This document shows positions 27,971 through 39,780 of a DNA stretch of 64,000 bases, one piece after another (position 1 is the stretch's first letter; every line of letters starts with the position of its first letter). The notes under the pieces are model-generated. The model had not been told where the DNA came from, did not search any database, and worked only from the letters and a program-made list of their open reading frames with translations. Both the position numbers and the translations under genes were made by a program. The stretch is from NCBI GenBank assembly GCA_965235115.1, contig OZ249436.1, positions 45,014,001 to 45,078,000 on the forward strand, written 5' to 3'. The DNA is from Laetmonice hystrix (lineage: Eukaryota).

Positions 27971-28528
27971 GAGAAAGTCCTCATTGCATGGCCCGGTCCA
28001 AGCTATGGTCTACTCTAGCCTGTTATACATGGAGAAAGTCCTCATTGCATGGCCCGGTCCAAGCTATGGTCTACTCTAGCCTGTTATACATGGAGAAAGT
28101 CCTCATTGCATGGCCCGGTCCAAGCTATGGTCTACTCTAGCCTGTTATATACATGGAGAAAGTCCTCATGGCATGGCCCGGTCCAAGCTATGGTCTACTC
28201 TAGCCTGTTATACATGGAGAAAGTCCTCATTGCATGACCCGGTCCAAGCTATGGTCAACTCTAGCCTGTTATACATGGAGAAAGTCCTCATTGCATGGCC
28301 CGGTCCAAGCTATGGTCTACTCTAGCCCGTTATACATGGAGAAAGTCCTCATGGCATGGCCCGGTCCAAGCTATGGTCAACTCTAGCCTGTTATACATGG
28401 AGAAAGTCCTCATGGCATGGCCCGGTCCAAGCTATGGTCTACTCTAGCCTGTTATACATGGAGAAAGTCCTCATGGCATGGCCCGGTCCAAGCTATGGTC
28501 TACTCTAGCCTGTTATACATGGAGAAAG
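27971..28528. repeat. Minisatellite, 61-bp unit, ~9 copies
   Basis: gagaaagtcctcattgcatggcccggtccaagctatggtctactctagcctgttatacatg. Confidence 0.97.
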
Positions 28529-28868
28529 TAACATGTGTGAATGCTGCTGATACAGGGGACAGTAACATGTGTGAATGCTGCTGATACAGGGGACAGTAAC
28601 ATGTGTGAATGCTGCTGATACAGAGGACAGTAACATGTGTGAATGCTGCTGATACAGGGGACAGTAACATGTGTGAATGCTGCTGATACAGGGGACAGTA
28701 ACATGTGTGAATGCTGCTGATACAGGGGACAGTAACATGTGTGAATGCTGCTGATACAGGGGACAGTAACATGTGTGAATGCTGCTGATACAGGGGACAG
28801 TAACATGTGTGAATGCTGCTGATGAGGACAGTAACATGTGTGAATGCTGCTGATACAGGGGACAGTAA
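28527..28868. repeat. Minisatellite, 34-bp unit, ~10 copies
   Basis: agtaacatgtgtgaatgctgctgatacaggggac, directly abutting the 61-bp array. Confidence 0.97.
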
Positions 28869-29605
28869 CTTCCCATCCGTAGTCTCCGTTCTACTGTGTA
28901 GTCATCAGTCTGGAATTTTCCCAGCAGTTTTGTCTAGACAAATTGTATGTTGCTGAAAGAGAGACAGTGGTTTCCCAGGCAGCGTGTTGACCTCCTGCTG
29001 AAAGAATTCTGATTGCTGTATTCAGTACGCAACGGAAGAAAGGTGGTCTGGCCGAGACGTCTAGCATAAGGTCAACTTCCCATTTCTTTTCTTTTTCTTT
29101 TTTCCTGTCCATTTATTTTTAAAGGATCCACCGCGGAGACTTATGCTGCAGATTCCATCTGCATGACTTAAAGATGATATTTGCCACAGGTGGTCAAAAA
29201 TATGTAAAAGATGCTGCTGAGCTCTCAGCTGTAGTAGTTAATGTGGTAGATATAAGATTCCCAGTTCCCGATGTCAAATACAATGTACAAGGGCCCTTTG
29301 TGTGCCATATTGATATACAATATTTAGGTTATCCATGTTGGATCTTTAGCAAAGTGTAGCGAACTAATTGGACAGTTTAGAGGTAGACATACAGGTAAAA
29401 TTACTTGATATTGTCGTTTGATTCTTCTACATTTACCAAGCGATTGTTTTTGTTCTTCGTGTGAGAAAAGAGCGCCTCCTTTCAGGGCGTGTAAAGGCGT
29501 ACTACATGTAGACCAGAATAGTATTGGTAGGTGTCGTTATCATGAACTGTGACATGTTTCTCGTGTGGACAGCTTTTTGGGGCACCGGAGGTGGAGAACC
29601 GAAAC

Positions 29606-30398
29606 ACACAGATAGCTCACAGCCCACAGATAGCCCACAGCCCACAGATAGCCCACAGTCCACAGATAGCCCACAGTCCACAGATAGCCCACAGCTCGCC
29701 CACAGATAGCTCACAGCCCGCCCACAGATAGCTCACAGCCCGCCCACAGATAGCCCACAGCCCACAGATAGCCCACAGATAGCCCACAGATAGCCCACAG
29801 ATAGCCCACAGATAGCCCACAGTCCACAGATAGCCCACAGATAGCCCACAGATAGCCCACAGATAGCCCACAGATAGCCCACAGATAGCCCACAGTCCAC
29901 AGATAGCCCACAGATAGCCCACAGATAGCCCACAGATAGCCCACAGATAGCCCACAGATAGCCCACAGTCCACAGATAGCCCACAGATAGCCCACAGATA
30001 GCCCACAGATAGCCCACAGATAGCCCACAGTCCACAGATACCCCACAGCCTACAGCCCGCACACAGATAGCCCACAGCCCGCCCACAGATAGCCCACAGT
30101 CCACAGATACCCCACAGCCTACAGCCCGCACACAGATAGCCCACAGTCCACAGATACCCCACAGCCTACAGCCCGCACACAGATAGCCCACAGTCCACAG
30201 ATAGCCCACAGCCCGCCCACAGTCCACAGATAGCCCACAGCCCGCCCACAGATAGCCCACAGTCCACAGATACCCCACAGCCTACAGCCCGCCCACAGAT
30301 AGCCCACAGTCCACAGATAGCCCACAGTCCACAGATAGCCCACAGCCCGCCCACAGCCTACAGCCCGCCCACAGATAGCCCACAGTCCACAGATAGCC
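29606..30398. repeat. Compound 11/18-bp minisatellite
   Basis: cacagatagcc and cacagatagcccacagtc units. Confidence 0.95.
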
Positions 30399-30648
30399 CC
30401 TATTTACAAATGCTGTGACAGGGAAACTAAGTTCTGTGGCCGAGATTTCATGTTCATGTTAGCGTACAGCAGGGGAGGTTGAACTCGCTAGGAAGTCCAG
30501 AGGTGGCGTACGATTCACTAAAGCACAGAAATCTGGCAAAGAACAGGCCAGCGACAGTCACCATTGTACCAGCGATATATTTGGGCGTCGTGAACCCATT
30601 ATAGCTACCTTTTACAATTATACATGACGGGAAAGGTAGCTAGCTATA

Positions 30649-30912
30649 CGGGGGCCTCGGGTGGCCGCATGGTCTAAGATGTTGACTCATGACACCTAGG
30701 ACCATCGCCTCACACCACTGCGATCCGGGTCGATCCCCGGCCTGGTCTGCATGTGTGAAAGGTTTGTCAATCAGTTCGTTCCCGATGGCCGGTGGTTTCC
30801 TCCGGGTACTCCGGTTTCCTCCACCAAGAAAACTTACTTTCATCATCATCTTCACCGCCGTGATATGACCCTGGCTGTTGCAAGGCGTAAAACCCCAAAT
30901 ACCCACCCACTC
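30649..30912 (+). mobile_element. Full-length tRNA-derived SINE with V-domain-like core
   Basis: A box tggccgcatggt (30662) and B box gggtcgatccc (30727). Core ggtttcctccgggtactccggtttcctccacc (~30794-30825), similar to the V-SINE conserved domain. 3' end ...ggcgtaaaaccccaaat followed by an (accc)-like tail. 11-bp TSD agctagctata at 30638-30648 and 30913-30923. Confidence 0.88.
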
Positions 30913-31213
30913 AGCTAGCTATAAGTATAACACCTGAATTGTTAACGTGGCGAAAGCCCTGTTAACCAAGCCACAGTAGTTGGTAGCGACTGGAGGTAAG
31001 GTCAGCACCTTCCCGACACGCTTCGACCTTGTTGAAACGGCTCCCAGAGACTCGCTGTACTAGTATTGGCGGTAGCAGGTCTGCACGAAGAGTTTCTCTG
31101 CCGGCAGTGCGGTGACATGCTATCGTTACGTAAGAACAGTCTTGAGTTAGAGAGGACAGACTTGAAGTTTCATTGGCCGACTTTATATGCCATCGAGTTT
31201 CAATGGAGCAATT

Positions 31214-31685
31214 GAGGGCCCGTTTACAGAGGTCCCCCACCCTCAGGGCCGAAGCTACAGACATCAGTCAGTGCCAGTACACAGGAACCTGCTCACACAC
31301 GCCGGGACGACTCGGACCGACTCGGACAGACCATACCGAACGTTTCCACTTGGTTACTGGACGTAGACGTGGTTAATGACAGGGTATTACCAAAAGTCGC
31401 AGAGCTCTACCAGCCCCCCCCCCCCCCCCTCGCCGCCACTTCCCACGCTGAGGTCGTATGACAACTGTTATTTATAAACAACAGATATTGCTGCGTCAAA
31501 GTCAGCAATGTCTCAGTGGGATTTGACCGCTAGATGGCGCGCGGGGTTGTGGGAAGGAAGCTAACCAAAAGCATGATATATGGACGTGAAGTAAGGTGCT
31601 AGTAACGGACCCTCCCTCCCATCCACCAGCACCAACACCCCCACCACCCCGGGTTGGGGTGGGGGACCTCTGTAAACGGGCCCTC
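31214..31685. mobile_element. Non-autonomous DNA transposon (MITE), Sola-like ends
   Basis: Perfect 29-bp TIR gagggcccgtttacagaggtcccccaccc. AATT on both flanks (31210-13, 31686-89). GAG...CTC termini with a 4-bp TSD fit the Sola superfamily description. Confidence 0.8.
31524..31540 (+). promoter_or_regulatory. CTCF-like motif inside the Sola-like MITE
   Basis: tgaccgctagatggcgc matches the CTCF core CC(A/G)C(C/T)AG(A/G)(T/G)GGCGC. Confidence 0.45.
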
Positions 31686-32574
31686 AATTATAGCTCCCCC
31701 CTGGCGGGGATAGCCATGGGAACATCCCTGTAACCCCCAAGGGATGGGCTGGGTGGCAGTGGCCACAGACATATTTATACCTTGGTTTCCATGACCACAT
31801 GTAACATGATGAAGTGGCCATTGGGTCCATTCTCCAGTGGGTCTGGGTGCAATTACATCCATATGTGTGCTAACTGATACAGGCATACCTGTTGTGACCC
31901 TGACTGTTAGGGGGTAGCAGGTTGCCCCTTGAATCTAATCATTTGTGAAGTTATGACAGGGGAAGTGCCAGTGTGAAATAATTTTATATCCCAATTTCCT
32001 GGCCCCAAACCTGGTACAGATCTCACAGAGTCACCTTTGTGAGGTACCGTGCAGTTCCAGCGCCAACAACTTTCAACTTTCCGGAATATCTCAGTGTGCA
32101 GGTATTCATGGGATTTGTCTTTTGTTTGGAGAGGGAGGTATCGTAAAGTTAAACGTCTGAGCCGCGGGAGTTAGAACGCCTAGCAGGTGGCCACGGTGCT
32201 GCCAGCAAATAACATGTTGGTGTTTTAATACTTCAAATCCCACTTTCAGGAATAAAAGCCTGGTCCTTCAAGTCACTGGAGGGATCCAGACTTCAAACAA
32301 AGTCTGACATTACGTCTGAATTCAGAAACGTGAATCTGAGGTGGTGATCTAATGTCTGCGGTGACCTTCCTGAGAACTAACGGTAACAAAGCGCCAAGAA
32401 CATACGTTGTTCTGAAAAGAATAATGAAAAGGACTTTATTACGTCTCTGACTTCACAAAGCCATAGATTGCATAGAAAAGAATCACCATATTACTACAGC
32501 CTGAAGGAATGTTGACTTTTCATATTCAAACGTGTTAAAAGACATTGAATATTCTAGGGTACTTTGGGACCCAG

Positions 32575-32693
32575 GGGGGTGTTTCACTTAGCGCGTCCGA
32601 CCGGCGACGGACCAAAAATTGCAGGCCCTACAACCATGCGACAGACTGTCCGTCGCCGGTCGGACCTTCCGACACGCTTATTGAAACACCCCC
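32575..32693. mobile_element. 119-bp PIF/Harbinger-type MITE
   Basis: TIR gggggtgtttca/tgaaacaccccc. 3-bp CAG TSD (32572-74, 32694-96). Internal inverted repeat gtccgaccggcgacggac / gtccgtcgccggtcggac. Confidence 0.8.
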
Positions 32694-32985
32694 CAGGACT
32701 TATGGCCTGATATGCCGGTAGTATGTCGCGATGTGAATAGAACCATTATCATTTGGCAGGCAATGAGGCATTGTCACATTATTAATTCAGGTATTGTGGC
32801 AAAGCAATACATATTGCGTGTTAGCTTTTTCGGAGGCTAATTTCCCCTTTTAGACGAGCTATTCAAATATAAGCGGTCGTCATCCGCCTGCATATCAAAT
32901 ATAGTAAACCTGGGCCGTGTTATAATGATTTGTTGATAATTTGTTGTCAGAAATATTTCTACAAATCAGTGAAATCTCCGACCTG

Positions 32986-33400
32986 TCCAGGGTGACAGAG
33001 CTCAGGCTGCCTTTAATATAACCTGTATGAGAGAAAGCTTCATTGACTCACTAGATACACTGTACAGTACCATGAGAGAAAGCTTGAGATTGCTTGGGAC
33101 TGGATCACAGATTGTCCCTGTAGTTCCGACTAGTCCACTGACTACATCCAGGGTGACAGAGCTCAGACTGCCTTTAATATAACCTGTATGAGAGAAAGCT
33201 TGAGATTGCTTGGGACTGGATCACAGATTGTCCCTGTAGTTCCGACTAGTCCACTGACTACATCCAGGGTGACAGAGCTCAGACTGCCTTTAATATAACC
33301 TGTATGAGAGAAAGCTTGAGATTGCTTGGGACTGGATCACAGATTGTTCCTGTAGTTCCGACCAGCCCAAAGACTACATCCAGGGTGACAGAGCTCAGGC
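32986..33400. repeat. 116-bp tandem repeat, ~3 copies
   Basis: tccagggtgacagagctcag recurs at 32986, 33147, 33263 and 33379. Confidence 0.9.
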
Positions 33401-34030
33401 AGCTAGCTCCACAGTATACGCCAACTGTAAACAATCACAGCCGTCCAGGTCGGCATGAAAGAACGAGTTTTTACAACCAGAAAAGAAATGGTGGGATCTC
33501 GGCGTATGTACGTGAGTAGGTGCTATGTTTTGGTGCAGGGAGAGCGTGTCTGGCCACTGATATGTTTGTAGTCTGTCGATTATAATCCTCCACCGATGGC
33601 CACTCGCTCGGCGGGGTGTTACATTCTCATGAACGTGTAATTTTAGGAGTTAATGTGTCATGGCTAACAAAACCTACTCCAGTTCAATGGGGTCGGGTCG
33701 GGTTGGTCCTCGGTCATGTCATTTGTTAAACATTGAGAGGGAAGAGTAGTACATCACCAGCCAGCACGTGGCGACAATGACACGATACAGGTTGTATTGG
33801 TGGGAGTATGGTGCGGCAGCGGGATAGAGCAACGAGAGTCAGAGGTATAGGGGTTGGTCGGCACCAACTTGTCAAAGATGGGGTTTTTACTTACATTGAT
33901 CATGTATTGTTGTAACTAGTTGTTCTACTGGTCTCCACTGAAAAACGGCCTGTATCCGATGTGTATGCACCAGTCTAAATAAAAGATCTAAAAAAACTTG
34001 CCATCACCTGCAGTGTCAACTGTGTACTTG

Positions 34031-34298
34031 TGGTCACAGGTGTCAACTGGCGTTTTACTGGTGGTCACAGGTGTCAACTGGCGTTTCACTGGTGGTCACA
34101 GGTGTCAAATGTGGCTATTTACTGGTGGTCACAGGTGTCAACTGGCGTTTTACTGGTGGTCATAGGTGTCAACTGGCGTTTTACTGGTGGTCACAGGTGT
34201 CAACTGGCGTTTTACTGGTGGTCATAGGTGTCAACTGGCGTTTCACTGGTGGTCACAGGTGTCAAATGTGTACATTTACTGGTGGTCTCAGGTGTCAA
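34031..34298. repeat. Minisatellite, ~31-bp unit, ~8 copies
   Basis: tggtcacaggtgtcaactggcgttttactgg. Confidence 0.95.
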
Positions 34299-35290
34299 AT
34301 ACAATGGGTGAGATCAAATATGAGAGTTAACTATACGCCTGGATTATCCAGGTGTTATTTCAGGAAAAAGCGTTAACCTGGACCTTTAACACTAGGTTCC
34401 AGTTAAAGCGATCCGAAACCGCCACTAGCAATAGGGCCCATGGATAACCATGGTATAGTGCCTTTTACCTGCCACCATCTAATTCCCACAAAGTCTGTGT
34501 GTTAAAAGTAATCCCCGATAGAAACTGACAGTTGCCCGTTTGCTCACGGCGTCCATCTTGCCGAAATTCACTGCCGTGAGACCTTAAAAAATGGCGTCCC
34601 TAGAGCCTACCCCATTCCCCCATCACTGTGTTGGTCAACCATCTTCACGGACACTATGTACAATAATGGTTACCGGTGAACTCGGACCATGGTTATCTCG
34701 GCCCATGTCGATTACATGACTTCATGTCCCCTTCATGCGTGCCCTGTCCCAGGCTCCATGCCTCACCCGACACCCGAGTCAGGTGGTCAAGTCAACAACG
34801 GGGCAGCACGGTGCTCCCGACGGGCGTGCACTGGTGGTTGGACGGGGCCAGACATGCCAATTTGGTCGATCGACGTAGTGAAAAATCTCTTACCGGGCGC
34901 TTAAACGAACAGAAATTCGTCGCAATACCCTCCAACGCATGAAATGGTGGCTGAAAGCTATTATTTATACGGAGAATTGTCAACTAGAGAATGAAATGTA
35001 CACTGGTTGGGTCATGGATCGAGTCTGACAGTAGTGACAGACTACGGCAGTCTACGGCCGGGGACATGGCGTGCACTGCCACTGTCAAAGCGTCGGGCTA
35101 CCGTTCAGCTAGCACACCCAGGCATATCTTCACGAAGGATCAGCACCAAGTCAGTGGTGTGGTTAGACCTGCTGATCGGTCTCCTAGTACTATGACACGG
35201 ATAATCTTACTCGCAGCTCTCAGTCTAGACTCTCTGACTACCTTGTATCCTCACCCGATCTGACAGCTAGTCGAAACTCGCGGCTCTGGC

Positions 35291-35399
35291 GACGTCACAC
35301 TTCCGGGTGACCTGACTGTTTTTGATTGGCTGAATCAATCTCCCATGTGATAATGTGATGTAAAATGGCGCCGAGTTCATTTCTCGGCTAGAGGTACGG
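35291..35399 (+). promoter_or_regulatory. Promoter-like motif cluster within the intron
   Basis: gacgtca-c-acttccgg (CRE/ETS), gattggctg (reverse CCAAT), aaaatggcg (YY1-type), then a possible donor gag|gtacgg. Confidence 0.3.
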
Positions 35400-37624
35400 T
35401 ACTCGTAGTTTAAGGTTGGCATTCTCGTTTATGTAAAACCTATTGACCTGCATTTATTGCTGATGTTATTCTTTATTGTATAAGGCATATGGGAAGGTAT
35501 AAGGTAGCTGGATTGTTGCATTTGGCTTTAACATTTTGACAACACCTTGTTAATACTTTGAAAAAACTCAGGTAACACTTTCCTGACACATCAGTCACAC
35601 CTGGTCGCCACTCCTACCAGTGGAATAAGGAATAAGCTTGACTCTGAGTTTTGACCTGTCTCAGGTGTTAACCCACAGGCGGTTAACACTTTATGTATAG
35701 GTTTTCTATGGTATTCCAAAGACACCTGGGACCTTACTGAGATAAAGGGGACACCTGAGCTATCTAGGTGTTTCCAAGGTGTGTTTTAGGTGTTAACACG
35801 TTGAGACAGTGTTAACTTAGTGTTAAGTAAACACCCAGGACGAGGTCAAATTTCCGATTTATAGAACACTTTCTTAATACCTATTGTAAAATAATATGGT
35901 CGTTAGATTTGGTTCACAACCGTTCAGACGAGGTTAAAATATCGACATTAAAGAGGGTATGCTTGAAACCAGTTAAATAATGCAGGTTAAGTTTTTTTTT
36001 TATCGTGTTTGCTGGAAGCCGCTGTTCAATAGATACCTGATGGGCAGGTCTGTTAAATGGTCGTTTGGTTTGGGTGATAGCTGTTGGGTGAAGTGGCAGT
36101 CTTGGAGACATATGTTTGGGTGGACGTTCTGACCTGGTTTAAAGACATCTGTCTCAGTCATCATGGCTATACTCCATCTCTTACCCCAAACCTTCACCCC
36201 CACCACAAACCCCCTAACCCCAAACCTTCACCCCCACCACCCCCACCTCAAACCCCCTAACCCCGAATCTCAACCTCCCACCAACTAATCCTGGTACCCC
36301 CTATAGGTCGGGTGTATAAGAAAAATAACTTTGGGAGGGGGTAAATACAAATTAAAAACATCAAAGACCCATGTGGCTTTCGATCAACCCTTCAAAGAAG
36401 CTTTCATCATGTCTGCTATAGTGGAAATATTTTCTCATGATTTTGTCCAGATACAAACCCGTTTTTACTTTTTGAGGGAACTGTGTACGTGTAATGTTAT
36501 GACCTGAGGCAGTTTGCCTCGTCTCAGTTTTCTTGATGAGCCCCGTATCGCCGAACCCATGAACTAAGATGAGGGCTAGGGTGGAGCTTTTTTTTTTTTG
36601 TATTTTTTTTTTTTTTGAAGTCTTAGTGCCGTTGGTTGGGGTTAGGTTATGTTCGGAGCCACGAATACTGTAAGATTTTTCCTGCGATCAAATCTTCCAT
36701 GGGAGAATCACCATTTTCTTGATACCCTTCCATAGAAGATGTTGGCAGGGTGCGAGCCAGTCGGTGGGGTGAATGTAGTTTGTGATGCTCTCACCCACAG
36801 CATGACCTGACTGTCCGCGGCTGAGAGCATCTCAGACTTGGTGGATGTGCTATCGTTTGTCTCTGTTCCGCCCCAAGTCGCCAGAACAGGACCCTATGCT
36901 GGGCATGGTAAGTCTGGGCCAGATCTCTGCTGGGAAGTTTTGAAACCCGTGTGAATGTAAATATCAGTCTACCTGCGACCTGTGCCATGATTTCATAAGA
37001 CGCCAGGGCAGTGAGGGTTGATTTATGCCGGCCAGGTTGTCATGGATTCCGTGCCAAGAGATGGCAATAAAACTATGGGTGTGCCAGTCAGGGCCAGGGC
37101 AGTCACCCAGCCCGGCCGCCGCCCGGAGCCCCCATATGATGGCCCCCCGACATGTGGCTACTACAGGAACATCAGCTGATGGGGCGAACCAGCCTGTCAA
37201 AATCCGGCATCCTGCACCTGATGACCCCAATATGGTATCGTAGCACAGGGCCCATATTGTGTGCTGAGATGATGGTACATAAACATGGCAACGTCTGGCC
37301 AGTGACGGGGCAGACAGACTGCCAGCCATACAGCCCACTACCCTCCACATATTCCGACTGCAATAGACTTAACATTGTACTAAGGTCATCAGCGGAAACT
37401 AGGCTCCCAAAAAAATCATTAGTGGCGTGGTGGGTGGACGGGATTGTGGGTGTTGTAGGTGAGTGGGGTATGTAGACCGGCTGGGGCGTGTTCAGGGAGG
37501 GGTTCTAACCCTAACCCCCCGCCCAGCCCCCTGCCCAACCCCGTGGGGTAGAGCTCCTGGGATTGTTCTCAGAGGGTACAGGAGCTGGCGGACTGCCTGG
37601 GACCACCCGGGATCAAAGCGATAC

Positions 37625-38288
37625 GATCGGCGGGCTGGGGCGGGGTGAGGTGGGCCCCGGGTCATTATTACAGTCATCCCGGGGATCGGCGGGCTGGGGC
37701 GGGGTGAGGTGGTCCCCGGGTCATTATCACAGTCATCCCAGGGATCGGCGGGCTGGGGCGGGGTGAGGTGGGCATGGGGACCTGGGTCATTATTACAGTC
37801 ATCCCAGGGATCGGCGGGCTGGGGCGGGGTGAGGTGAGCCCCGGGTCATTATCACAGTCATCCCAGGGATCGGCGGGCTGGGGCGGGGTGAGGTGGGCAT
37901 GGGTCCCCGGGTCATTATCACATTCATCCCGGGGATCGGCGGGCTGGGGCGGGGTGAGGTGGGCCCCGGGTCATTATCACAGTCATCCCGGGGATCGGCG
38001 GGCTGGGGCGGGGTGAGGTGGGCATGGGGACCTGGGTCATTATTACAGTCATCCCGGGGATCGGCGGGCTGGGGCGGGGTGAGGTGGTCCCCGGGTCATT
38101 ACCCGGGGATCGGCGGGCTGGGGCGGGGTGAGGTGGGCCCCGGGTCATTATCACAGTCATACCGGGGATCGGCGGGCTGGAGTGGGGTGAGGTGGGCCCC
38201 GGGTCATTATCACAGTCATCCCAGGGATCGGCGGGCTGGGGCGGGGTAAGGTGGGCCCCGGGTCATTATCACAGTCATCCCGGGGATC
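37625..38288. repeat. G-rich minisatellite, ~58-65-bp unit, ~11 copies
   Basis: gatcggcgggctggggcggggtgaggtgggccccgggtcattatcacagtcatcccggg. Confidence 0.95.
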
Positions 38289-38718
38289 ACCAGCCAGCGC
38301 TATGCTCGGCCACACAGGGCCAAAACCTCACACACACACACATTCGTCATTTACCTGATCAGTATTGTGATCAATATGTACAATATTGCCATGAATGTTA
38401 CATCAGGCAGCTGAGCAAAATAATTCTATAAGAGGCCCATCGTACTAGAAATAAGAATAGGCCCTCCTGCCCCGAGCTCTCCTTATTCTTCATTGAAATA
38501 TCGAAATGTAGTCTCGCCACGAGAGCCAGAATGTGCTGACAGGACGGTATTTGAGTGCATGGACCGTGACAGCTGAGAGAGTAGATGTTCACAATGTGAG
38601 AGGTTGTGGTCAGTCCACCGACAGGGCCATTAGGGCCGGCTTTCCGCAGAACAATGTCGGGAAGCCAGTGACGGGTAGACGCGTCTACCCCCCCCCCCCC
38701 AGCCACGGCCCCGTGTGG

Positions 38719-39200
38719 CAGTGTGTACCTTCCGCTGTACTTGGTGCTTTCAGTGTGTACCTTCCGCTGTACTTGGTGTTTTCAGTGTGTACCTTCCGCT
38801 GTACTTAGTGTTTTCAGTGTGTACCTTCCGCTGTACTTGGTGCTTTCAGTGTGTACCTTCCGCTGTACTTGGTGCTTTCAGTGTGTACCCTCCGCTGTAC
38901 TTGGTGCTTTCAGTGTGTACCCCCCGCTGTACTTGGTGCATTCAGTGTGTACCTTCCGCTGTACTTGGTGCTTTCAGTGTGTACCTGCCGCTGTACTTGG
39001 TGTTTTCAGTGTGTACCTTCCGCTGTACTTGGTGCTTTCAGTGTGTACCTTCCGCTGTACTTGGTGCTTTCAGTGTGTACCTTCCGCTGTACTTGGTGCT
39101 TTCAGTGTGTACCTTCCGCTGTACTTGGTGCTTTCAGTGTGTACCTTCCGCTGTACTTGGTGCTTTCAGTGTGTATACCTTCCGCTGTACTTGGTGCTTT
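38719..39200. repeat. Minisatellite, 32-bp unit, ~15 copies
   Basis: cagtgtgtaccttccgctgtacttggtgcttt. Confidence 0.97.
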
Positions 39201-39314
39201 CCGAGTCCAGTGGGGTACTGGTCGTGTCGGTGTACACGCCAGATTTAAGGTTGTAGATTTGAAGCTATCAGTACAGTACGTCGAGTCCATCAATGCTTTT
39301 TAGATAGTCTACAG

Positions 39315-39622
39315 GCCACGGTCACGGTCAACCCGACCTTGTGACGGTCAGACCACGACCACGACGACGGTCAACCCGACCTTGTGACGGTCAGAACACG
39401 ACCACGGCAACGGTCAACCCGACCTTGTGACGGTCAGACCACGACCACGGCAACGGTCAACCCGACGTTATGACGGTCAGACCACGACCACGGCCACGGA
39501 CCCTGTGACGGTCAGACCATGGTCACGGTCAACCTGACCCTGTCACGGTCAGACCAAGACCACGGTCACGGTCAACCTGACCCTGTCACGGTCAGACCAC
39601 GACCACCCTGGCCCCTGTCACG
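39315..39622. repeat. Degenerate ~43-bp minisatellite
   Basis: acggtcaacccgaccttgtgacggtcagaccacgaccacggca. Confidence 0.85.
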
Positions 39623-39640
39623 GCAGGGGGACGAGCAGTA

Positions 39641-39780
39641 GACCGGCTGGCGGCGAGTAGTGGACCGGCTGGCGGCGAGCAGTGGACCGGCTGGCGGCGA
39701 GCAGTGGACCGGCTGGCGGCGAGCAGTGGACCGGCTGGCGGCGAGCAGTGGACCGGCTGGCGGCGAGCAGTGGACCGGCT
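39641..39780. repeat. Minisatellite, 22-bp unit, ~6 copies
   Basis: gaccggctggcggcgagcagtg. Confidence 0.95.

Noticed and set aside
37220..37252. Hammerhead-ribozyme-like ctgatga-cccca-ata-tgg
   Set aside because: The essential GAAA core is absent (gtag in its place), and stems I and III cannot be formed convincingly.
37625..38288. Common origin with the 1-1090 array (shared cccgcc, ctgtg, cccggg and cccacc blocks in reverse complement)
   Set aside because: The shared blocks are short and GC-rich, and not distinguishable from chance by eye.
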